Shown here: piece by piece, positions 55,492-63,196 of the stretch
Layout: every line of letters begins with the position of its first letter
Position numbering within the stretch: the stretch's first letter is position 1
Source of the DNA: Candidatus Nanopelagicales bacterium
Lineage (GTDB): Bacteria; Actinomycetota; Actinomycetes; S36-B12; UBA10799
Direction: 5' to 3'
Assembly: GCA_037046735.1 (NCBI GenBank)
Contig: JBAOHC010000027.1
Coordinates: 12,307-76,306, forward strand
DNA length: 64,000 nucleotides
Position numbers and translations under genes: made by a program
The notes under the pieces: generated by a model
Seen by the model: only the letters and a program-made list of their open reading frames with translations
What the model was told of the DNA's origin: nothing
The model's database searches: none

Positions 55492-56244
55492 CTACAGCCC
55501 GAGCAGACTGTCCAGGGCCCACGCATCGCGCACGGCATTGCCGCCACCATCGTTGTTGAAATACACGTAGACGTCGGTTCCGTTGTGCCACTCCCACTCG
55601 CGGATGCGGTCGGCCCACCATCTCAAGTCGTCCTGCGAGTACGAGCCTGCGTACAGATGAGCGTGGTCGGGCCCATGCAGGCGCACATAGACGAACGGGG
55701 CCGTGGCCCGCAGCACGCAGGGCAGATTCGCCCCCGACATGACCACGTACGCCGCGCCGCGCGACGCGAGGAGTTGGAACACCTCTTCGGCCTGCCAACT
55801 GGGATGGCGCAGTTCGACCGCGACCTCGATCCACTCCGGCAACCGGTCGAGGAAGTAGGCCAGTCGGACGTCGTCACGGGTGAAGCCCGGTGGGAGTTGC
55901 ACGAGCAGTGGCCCGCGCTTGCCCCGCAGTTCGTGGAGTCCCGCCGAGATCCGGTCGATCCACAATTCCGGTTCGGATAGCCGCCGGCCGTGTGTGAGCC
56001 CTCGCGGCGCCTTCACAGCCATCCGGAACCCGTCAGGCAACCGCCGCCGCCAACTGGCGAAGCTGCGCGGCGCGGGCCAACGGTAGAAAGAGGCATTGAG
56101 CTCGACCGTCCGGAAATGCGACACGTACGTCTCCAGGCGCCGCACCGGCGGCAGACCCTCGGGGTAAAGAACGCCCGTCCAGTGGTCATAACCCCAGCCT
56201 GAAGTTCCCAGCCAGAACGTCACCGGTCGAATATAGGCACGCAC
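55492..56244 (-). CDS. DUF72 (YecE-like) protein
   Basis: WLGTSGWGYDHW...RTVELNASFYRWP is typical of DUF72. The start could be a few codons downstream of 56244. Confidence 0.8.
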   Translation of the reverse strand: MRAYIRPVTFWLGTSGWGYDHWTGVLYPEGLPPVRRLETYVSHFRTVELNASFYRWPAPRSFASWRRRLPDGFRMAVKAPRGLTHGRRLSEPELWIDRISAGLHELRGKRGPLLVQLPPGFTRDDVRLAYFLDRLPEWIEVAVELRHPSWQAEEVFQLLASRGAAYVVMSGANLPCVLRATAPFVYVRLHGPDHAHLYAGSYSQDDLRWWADRIREWEWHNGTDVYVYFNNDGGGNAVRDAWALDSLLGL

Positions 56245-56365
56245 CGCTGCGCTGCGGAGCTCACTTATGCCGTTGTGCCCGCACCTACCACCTCAGGCGA
56301 CAGGTTCGCCCGCTTCGTCCATGTGCGCCCATTCGGGAGAGGCGATTCTGAGCGGAACAGGCGCA

Positions 56366-56390
56366 TCTTGGCTGGCGACGATCGCCAAGA
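56366..56390 (-). terminator. weak hairpin 3' of the alpha/beta-hydrolase gene
   Basis: tcttggc-N11-gccaaga, 13 nt beyond the stop at 56403. Confidence 0.3.
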
Positions 56391-56402
56391 GCCACCCATC
56401 GG

Positions 56403-58106
56403 TCAGCTCGCAGTCCCGTCAGCCTCCATCTGCGCCACCAAACGGGCAGTCTCGGCCGGTGTCCAGTCCTGCGGCTGGGTCATCGCGGCCCAGGCCTCGG
56501 TGTTCGACTGTGGCGAGTACATATGCCCGTGCCCGATAGGCACCGATCCGGCGGCTGGCAGGTCCAACGCCACCTGCCACATCGTCACCAGCGGCACCCA
56601 CACCATCTCTTTCGGAATGTCCGGTCCCCGCTGCCCCTCCAGCAGCCACTCCGGCTCCTCATAGGCGAGGTTCTGGTTGAAGAACACCACGGGGTCGGAG
56701 GAGTGCTGCAAGTAGACAAGCCTCGTCGGTCCCCAGTTCTGCTCCACCACCGCGTTGATCTGCGAGCCTGACGATGTGAACTGGACGGTCCGCCCGCCCT
56801 CAAAAGCGGGTAGCCAGGCCTGACTGCCCGGGTCCCGGTCGGCCTCGATGTCGTTGTGCAGCGAGTTCACGAACGGCGGGCCCGACATGAAGGCACCATC
56901 GATCGGTTCGTTGAGCACGTTGATCGAATTCAGGATGCTTTCGACGCCGTAAGAGCCCAACGACAGGCCATAGAGGTACAAGTCGGGCCGCGAGTCCTCC
57001 GGCAGCGTCGCCCAGTAGTCGTGAACCGTGTCGAACACAGTGCGGGAGGTGTCCTTGACGGCCTGCTGATCGGCGAGCAGTGAGATCCAACTCGGCAGGA
57101 ACGAGTACTGCACCCCGGCGATCGCGGTGTCGCCGTTATACATGTACTCCAGCGGATCGATCCCCGCCGGATCCAGGAATCCCGTGCCTGTCGTGGTGGC
57201 CACGACGAGGACCTCGCGGTCGAACGCACCCGTGCGCTGCAACTCCGCCAGGAGCAGGTCGGCCCGCTTCTGCAAATCGGCCTCCGTGTCCAGCCCGACG
57301 TACACACGGATCGGCTCGATGGCCCCACCCCCGCTGAACTCATCGATCTGCTCAACAGTGGGTCCCGTCGCCACGAAGTCCCGGCCTTTGCGGCCCAGGG
57401 ATTCCCAGGTGACCGCGGACTCGGGGCCCCCCGAGCGCAGCATCGAGGTGGTCGGGACCACCCCTTCGCTGGTTGCGGTGTCCCGCGTCGAGAACATGGC
57501 GTTGGCGCCGTCAAAGAAGCCGCGGACCAGCACCCCGGTGATCAGCGACCACAGCAGGACCACGATGACCCCTACGCTGATCAGTTGCGACAGCCGAGGC
57601 GGGAAGATCCTGTTGAGCAGGCGAGTTCCGAACTTCGCGAGCTTGCGCAAGGACCTCGCGACGATCAGTATCAGGGCGGCGACCAGAACGGTCACGACCA
57701 CGATGACTGGCCAGACGCTCGGCGAGATCGGATCCTTGGCGAAGATGGTTCGAAGCTCGTTCTGCCAGCCGACGTAGCGCCAGATGGATGACGCCACAGC
57801 CAGACCCACAAGAACCCACAGGATGCCCGTGACCCACCGCGCGACCTTGACCGGCAGGGAGGGGATCTGCAGATATCGCCACAGTGTCTGCAACCCAACC
57901 CCGATGAGGTATCCGACCATGATCGTGATCCCGGAAGCGATGCCCTGTAGGTATCCGGCGCGGGGCAATAGGGACGGGAACAGCGAGAACGCGAAGAACA
58001 GAACGGCGAACCAGATCCCGACCCCACTGAAGGTCACAGAGAACACCCGGAAGCCGCGCTTGCGCTCTTCCACGGGAATGAGCGGGACCTCGGTGTCTGT
58101 AGCCAT
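56403..58106 (-). CDS. membrane-anchored alpha/beta-hydrolase family protein (Abhydrolase_9-like)
   Basis: Start at ATG 58106, after GAGGGAG. The N-terminal half has several TM helices. The C-terminal half has a hydrolase-like core (LYLYGLSLGSYG nucleophile elbow). Confidence 0.7.
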   Translation of the reverse strand: MATDTEVPLIPVEERKRGFRVFSVTFSGVGIWFAVLFFAFSLFPSLLPRAGYLQGIASGITIMVGYLIGVGLQTLWRYLQIPSLPVKVARWVTGILWVLVGLAVASSIWRYVGWQNELRTIFAKDPISPSVWPVIVVVTVLVAALILIVARSLRKLAKFGTRLLNRIFPPRLSQLISVGVIVVLLWSLITGVLVRGFFDGANAMFSTRDTATSEGVVPTTSMLRSGGPESAVTWESLGRKGRDFVATGPTVEQIDEFSGGGAIEPIRVYVGLDTEADLQKRADLLLAELQRTGAFDREVLVVATTTGTGFLDPAGIDPLEYMYNGDTAIAGVQYSFLPSWISLLADQQAVKDTSRTVFDTVHDYWATLPEDSRPDLYLYGLSLGSYGVESILNSINVLNEPIDGAFMSGPPFVNSLHNDIEADRDPGSQAWLPAFEGGRTVQFTSSGSQINAVVEQNWGPTRLVYLQHSSDPVVFFNQNLAYEEPEWLLEGQRGPDIPKEMVWVPLVTMWQVALDLPAAGSVPIGHGHMYSPQSNTEAWAAMTQPQDWTPAETARLVAQMEADGTAS

Positions 58107-58504
58107 ACGTTCTCCCTCAATGGTTTCGCAACGGTGGTTCCGTGCCATCGCCCGTGGCGCGGCTCACCGCAATCAGCCGGCTGGCGGTGCCGGACAGCAC
58201 CGGTGCCGCATGTGCGGTCCCAGCTGCCTGTGTCACTGCGTAGTCTCCCATCGCACTATGGTGCCTACGCTTGGCGCCCCCGACTGGCGCTGAACGTGGC
58301 TCGACCGATCCCATAGTGCGTGGATATCCCTGTGCCGAAGGTCTGTGTCCCCGCACTGGCCGCTCGGGGTTGTGAAGTCCTGATACGACGGCGAAGTGAT
58401 CCAGAACGTGCCTACCAACCAGTCCGTCAACCCAGCAGGGCTTGATTTTCACACACGCAGATGCGGGTGACACCCTCTCCAGGCTGCGACCCGCACCTGC
58501 CTGA

Positions 58505-60952
58505 CTACTTGCCCGGCTTGCCGATGTACTGCGTCACCTTGTCCTTGTTGGACGGTGTGACCGAGATGTTGCCCAAGAACTGGACCGTCAGCTTGACCTT
58601 GCCCTTCGGTCCGATCTTGGACCACTTCCTGGGCAGGGAGATCGTGCGAGTGCCGTCCTTGGGCAGCGTCACCGAGGTGTAGCGCAGAACCGCGTTCGTG
58701 TTGACTGCTCGCACACCGATATCGCCGGTCTTGGCCCCCTTCGTCGTGACCTTGACCGTGAGCCGGATGTGCTTGCCCGCTTTGATCGTGGCCGGGCTGA
58801 CGAGCTTCGCCCTGATCTTCGAACTGACAGAAGGCCCGAGCGGCACGAGAGTGGTGAACGCCGGCACAACCGGCGGGTACTGACCCAGTAGCGTCGCCGA
58901 CAGCATGTTTGCGTACTGCTGCTGGCCCACCTCGTTCGGATGGAATCCGACGCCGGTGCCCTTCGCGGCTGTGGTGTCGACGATGTAGTCCGTCAGGCTC
59001 GTGACCCACCGGGTTGGGGAGCACATGCCGTGCGGGTGACTTGCCCGGTACATCGAGAAGGCCGTGTTCCAGCCGTAGGTCGCCGCGTTGTTCTCGATCT
59101 GCGCGACAAGCCCGTTGACCGGTACCTCGATGCGGTTGTCCAGGCGGGTGTTCGGTGCCCCGAGGGGCGGATTGGTGGCCGGATTGAACGGACCGAACCC
59201 GGTCACGACCGGACTCAGCGCCGGGACGTTGCTCGGGAACGACGTGGTCTGCGGGACGGCGACCACATCGTGGCCGGCCTGCCCCTCATAGAGCACGTTG
59301 TACGCCCAGGCGTTGTCGATCTGGTTGAGCGGCGACATCAACGGGTTGGTGAGCATCTGCTCGATCGTCGGGAAGTTGATGTTACTCGGCTCCGGCAGGC
59401 CAGCGGGATTCTTCAGCGTCAACTGCCCTCCCCACGGCTGCGTCGGGTCCTGCTGGACGCCGCAGAACTCGGTGTTGCCCGGGGTGCCCTTCTGCGTCAG
59501 GTCGGGATACATGGCCTGGGTCAGGTTCCCGATCTTGGTGTATTTGACGGGCGTGGACGCGGTGAAGCCGGGCTGAGGCACCCCATTGACCAGTTTCTGG
59601 GTCTTGCAGTCAGGTGCACCCCCGGTCGCACCGAGGCAGGGCGCGAGTTTCGCATAGTCCTGTTGCAGCATTGTGAGGTTGTTGAAGACGGCCTCTTCGA
59701 GTTCGGGATTGTCCTGGACCGGGTCGGGAGCGTCAGGATCGGAGGTGAGGCAGCGATACCCTCCCACATCGCCGGGGGTGATCAGGTTCATGTCGCCGAT
59801 CAGGGTGAGTAGCCCGCCGAGGTCATTGAACGAGCCGCTGGGTCCATTGGGCGCACATGTGAATGTGATGTCCTGCAGGTTGGCGAGGTCCAGCTTGCCA
59901 GAGACCTGCGCCCCGTCCTGACAGTTGGGGAAGCCCTGGATCTTGGATTTGAGGATCCCGGAGATGCCGCTGTCCGGGAACCCGTTGATGACCACCGGCA
60001 GGACGTCGGTCGCGACGCAACTGAGGATGACTGGGGACAACCCGGCGTCGTTGCCGCCGATCGAGAGCAACCCGGCGTCGTAGGTCTGGTTCCCCGCGAT
60101 GGCGGCCAACTGGTCGATCTGCGGGGGCATGTAGTCGCCGGGACCGGTGTTGCTCTGTTGCGACGGCTGTTTGATCTTCTTCTGCGGCGACAACAGGCCA
60201 CCGTTCGGCGAGACGGCTGGGTTGTTCGGTTGCTCCAGAATCTCGCCCCCGGAGCACGCCACGTCCACGACCGTCACGTTCGATCGGGGATCCGACTGCT
60301 CCAGGGTGAGCGCGGCTCGCACGAACCCGCTCCACCGTGACCTGTCACAGGCCGGCTCATCCCAGTCGATCGTCCCGTCCGCATTGCGGAACGGCGGGAA
60401 GCCTTCACCCGACGCGTAGGAGTCCCCGGCAATGCTCATCAGCGTGTTGCGAACCGTGATGCTGCTCGACACGGTTTTCGTCACTGAGGTCTTGGTGTCC
60501 GTGACGGCCAGCTGCAGCGGGAAAGTCCCCTCCGGCAGCGACGCGTTCAGCGGGGTACTGCACGGCTGGCCCGCGTAGGTCGAGACGGGATTGGTCGAGA
60601 GGGTCCAGGTGCATGACAACTGGGTGGGCAATCCGCCGCCCACCGTCGAGGCCCCCGCGTTGAGGACTACTTGGAAGAGCCCGTCTGCGGGTAGGGGTCC
60701 GTAGAGCGCATTGCCCGCGGCCTGATAGCCGGGTACCGGCTGCATCGGCTGGTCGGGGATGCCCGGGTACTGGTCGGTGTCGGTCATGGATGCCGGCATC
60801 GACCAGTCCCACTGCACGTTGATGCTGCCCCAATCAGCGGCGGCCTGCGTGTTCGCGTTCTGCCCGATATCCGCCGACGCACTTCCCGGGATCAGTAGCG
60901 CCGCTGTCACGGCGACCGCGGTCACGGCCGCCGACATTCTGCCTAGTCTCAC
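58505..60952 (-). CDS. large secreted SGNH/GDSL-family hydrolase with N-terminal Ig/PKD-like and C-terminal Ig-like regions
   Basis: Signal peptide ending in ASA. Block I IAGDSYASGEG, block III SIGGND, block V-like GFHPNEVG. 815 aa. Confidence 0.65.
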   Translation of the reverse strand: MRLGRMSAAVTAVAVTAALLIPGSASADIGQNANTQAAADWGSINVQWDWSMPASMTDTDQYPGIPDQPMQPVPGYQAAGNALYGPLPADGLFQVVLNAGASTVGGGLPTQLSCTWTLSTNPVSTYAGQPCSTPLNASLPEGTFPLQLAVTDTKTSVTKTVSSSITVRNTLMSIAGDSYASGEGFPPFRNADGTIDWDEPACDRSRWSGFVRAALTLEQSDPRSNVTVVDVACSGGEILEQPNNPAVSPNGGLLSPQKKIKQPSQQSNTGPGDYMPPQIDQLAAIAGNQTYDAGLLSIGGNDAGLSPVILSCVATDVLPVVINGFPDSGISGILKSKIQGFPNCQDGAQVSGKLDLANLQDITFTCAPNGPSGSFNDLGGLLTLIGDMNLITPGDVGGYRCLTSDPDAPDPVQDNPELEEAVFNNLTMLQQDYAKLAPCLGATGGAPDCKTQKLVNGVPQPGFTASTPVKYTKIGNLTQAMYPDLTQKGTPGNTEFCGVQQDPTQPWGGQLTLKNPAGLPEPSNINFPTIEQMLTNPLMSPLNQIDNAWAYNVLYEGQAGHDVVAVPQTTSFPSNVPALSPVVTGFGPFNPATNPPLGAPNTRLDNRIEVPVNGLVAQIENNAATYGWNTAFSMYRASHPHGMCSPTRWVTSLTDYIVDTTAAKGTGVGFHPNEVGQQQYANMLSATLLGQYPPVVPAFTTLVPLGPSVSSKIRAKLVSPATIKAGKHIRLTVKVTTKGAKTGDIGVRAVNTNAVLRYTSVTLPKDGTRTISLPRKWSKIGPKGKVKLTVQFLGNISVTPSNKDKVTQYIGKPGK

Positions 60953-61154
60953 GCGAGTTCACTCTCCTGGGCCGGACATCGGGTGGTGTTGGAAATGCTA
61001 GGGGCGCGTGGGCAGCGTTTGCCCGGTCAGGAGGTGGCCGCTGCAGATGTGCTGGTCAGTTCGACAACCCTGCCGCTCGGACGCAGACACATGTACTCGC
61101 CCCAGTCCCGCACGGCAGCGTTGACGACGAGATGGAAGCGGACGGCACCGCGGG

Positions 61155-61197
61155 CCTGATCGGTGGGTCGATGTCTGCCATCAACCCACCGATCAGG
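61155..61197 (-). terminator. strong hairpin 3' of the collagen-like gene
   Basis: Perfect 14-bp inverted repeat cctgatcggtgggt / acccaccgatcagg with a 15-nt loop, about 50 nt beyond the stop at 61246. Confidence 0.6.
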
Positions 61198-61245
61198 CGT
61201 ATTAGGACACTCTGCGAGGTGCGCAGTGCCCCTGGCGCAGGCCCG

Positions 61246-62853
61246 CTACCGGTCGCTGGCCTGATCAGAGGCCAGCCGACGATCGCTGTCCTGCGCCTCG
61301 TACAGGGTTGGGCCGGCCTGCTTCGACGGTTTCGCCCCGTAGGCCTCCGGGTCGACGTACTCGCCCTGGTCCGCCGCGGGCTTGTCCGTGACGACATCCA
61401 AGGGGTTCTGTGCCGCGTAGGGATCGATGCGACTGCCCGTGATCTGCCATGAAAGGCGCACGTTGGGCTCCTCGCTGCGCACGGTGAATGAGCCGTCGGC
61501 GATCTCCTGGTCGACCATCAGTCCACTGAACGAGCCGATCGGCGTCAACTGGTAGCGCCAATTGGCGCCCAACGCCTCGATGTATCCGGGCAGCTCGATG
61601 ACAGCACGGCCGTCGGCGTTGGTGGTGACGTTGCCGGAGTAGATGACCTGCAACTCGTCGGTCTCCACCGCGGCGTGCGTGATGGTACGTCTCGTGGGAT
61701 CGCGGGGATCGTCGATCTGGAACGCCTTGGTGCCGGTCACATTGAGATTGCCGTTGACCTGCACGTTGCCGGCGAAGACACCTGCGAGCGGGTCGCCGTC
61801 GGCATAGACAGCAGCGCCGTCGCCATTGGTCACCGCTTCGAAGGCGTTCGAGGCGTTTGCATTGTTGACGTTTTCAGCCCTGATGGCCACACCCGTGCCC
61901 CCACTGATACCCGACTGGCCGATCACACCGATGGCCCCGTTGGGGTCGGTGACAAACCCGCGCACCCCGTAGCCGCCCTGTCCATCGTGGCGGCCGACGA
62001 GCGCTCCGATGCCGTTGCACTTGCCAATGTTCAATTCACACACGGCGCCGTTCTGCCGGGCTACGACCGCCTCACCGCTGGAAGAGTCTCCGATGACTGC
62101 GGCGGAGCTGATACTGGAGGTGATACCCCAGAGGGAGTTCCCCACCGTAGTCGCCAGAACTCCCGGCCCGGAACCTTGATGATCCACGGAGATCCCGCGC
62201 CCGGTGTTCGTATTGGGCATCGTGATCGTGGCTCCGTTGGTGGCCGCGCTGGGAACACCGGCAAGGACGAGCGGAGCGGTGATCCCGGTACAGGTCACGT
62301 CACCATTGGCGGCCACGGCCGTCACATACGTGTTCGCGGTCGCGCAGTCGCCCGTGACCAGCAGTTGGAAGGCCGCGGAGTCGAGGTCGTCGAGCAGGTC
62401 GGCATTGAGCCCCGAGCCGGGGCCGTCCACCGTCAACAGCTTGTCGAGAACCTGCTGCGGGGTGTCGGGTGAGCCGTCGGCCCCCGGCAGGCCTTGCGCG
62501 CCCTTGTCTCCCTGGATGCCCTGCTGTCCTTGGGCACCGGTGGCGCCCACGGCACCCGTCGCCCCGGTCGTCCCGGTCGCACCGGTCGCACCGGTCGGAC
62601 CCGCTGGACCGCGTACCCCTGGTGGACCGTAGGCGACAGTAGCGAGGCGAACCTCCGTAGCGCGACAGCTTGCGCCAGGCGGCACCAGGCGGACCTTGCC
62701 GGTGGTCTTCTTTGCGCACATGGCGTACGCAACTCTCGTTTCTCCCCCCGGTGCCGATGCTGCCGACGAGGTCGTCGCCTGTCCGGGAGCTGTCGTGATG
62801 CTTCCGCACAGCACGGCCATGCACGTAGCACCCAACCATATTTGAGCTTTCAT
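61246..62853 (-). CDS. secreted collagen-like triple-helix repeat protein with tail-fibre-like and beta-rich C-terminal regions
   Basis: Signal peptide, then a Cys-pair motif ([18 protein letters not shown]) and 18 uninterrupted GXY triplets. [27 protein letters not shown] follows, then Gly/Ser-rich repeats and a conserved-looking C-terminal domain. Confidence 0.8.
   Translation of the reverse strand: MKAQIWLGATCMAVLCGSITTAPGQATTSSAASAPGGETRVAYAMCAKKTTGKVRLVPPGASCRATEVRLATVAYGPPGVRGPAGPTGATGATGTTGATGAVGATGAQGQQGIQGDKGAQGLPGADGSPDTPQQVLDKLLTVDGPGSGLNADLLDDLDSAAFQLLVTGDCATANTYVTAVAANGDVTCTGITAPLVLAGVPSAATNGATITMPNTNTGRGISVDHQGSGPGVLATTVGNSLWGITSSISSAAVIGDSSSGEAVVARQNGAVCELNIGKCNGIGALVGRHDGQGGYGVRGFVTDPNGAIGVIGQSGISGGTGVAIRAENVNNANASNAFEAVTNGDGAAVYADGDPLAGVFAGNVQVNGNLNVTGTKAFQIDDPRDPTRRTITHAAVETDELQVIYSGNVTTNADGRAVIELPGYIEALGANWRYQLTPIGSFSGLMVDQEIADGSFTVRSEEPNVRLSWQITGSRIDPYAAQNPLDVVTDKPAADQGEYVDPEAYGAKPSKQAGPTLYEAQDSDRRLASDQASDR
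62467..62628 (-). repeat. coding tandem triplet tract (18 x GXY) of the collagen-like gene
   Basis: [54 protein letters not shown]. The DNA shows near-identical 9-nt units (ggtcgcaccggtcgcaccggtcgg...). Confidence 0.8.
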
Positions 62854-63020
62854 AAGGGGAATCCCTCTGTTACGGGCCCACCGCTTGGGCCAAGTGGCAT
62901 AACCCTAGGGGCTATCCGGCGAAGATCGTCACTCGCCGAAAAGAGGATTTGCCATCGGCCAGGACTCGTAGATCTGCGTGTCTGTCAAGACGATCTTCTG
63001 TCAGGGTCAACTGGCCCGCC

Positions 63021-63059
63021 GAACAATCGCCGCCAACAATCGCCGCCAACGATCGGCGC
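63021..63059. repeat. three tandem 13-nt units in a divergent intergenic region
   Basis: gaacaatcgccgc / caacaatcgccgc / caacgatcggcgc, between the collagen-like gene (-) and the MASE1-like gene (+). Confidence 0.5.
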
Positions 63060-63196
63060 GAGCTCCCGGCGTGCAGCGCACCTGCGCCAAGCGATCCCCG
63101 GCCGCCAGGCACAGGCGACGCCTGGTCAATGACACTCGTCCGGGGACTGTGCTGGAGCCTCGCCCGATGCAACACTGGACGGGAGGCTGGTGGCAC

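Noticed and set aside
58270-58300. GACTGGCG-containing hairpin that briefly suggested a ZTP (pfl) riboswitch, and gcactggcc nearby that suggested a cobalamin B12 box.
   Set aside because: The remaining conserved segments of those riboswitches (the ZTP pseudoknot CCGCCTGGGC and the B12 box GCCACTG context) are not present. The plus-strand orientation also has no downstream gene to regulate.
62467-63059. Regularly spaced short repeats (the GXY-encoding 9-mers and the 13-mers) were considered as a CRISPR-like array.
   Set aside because: The units are contiguous with no spacers. One set is clearly coding (collagen-like triplets) and the other has only three 13-nt units. No cas genes are present.
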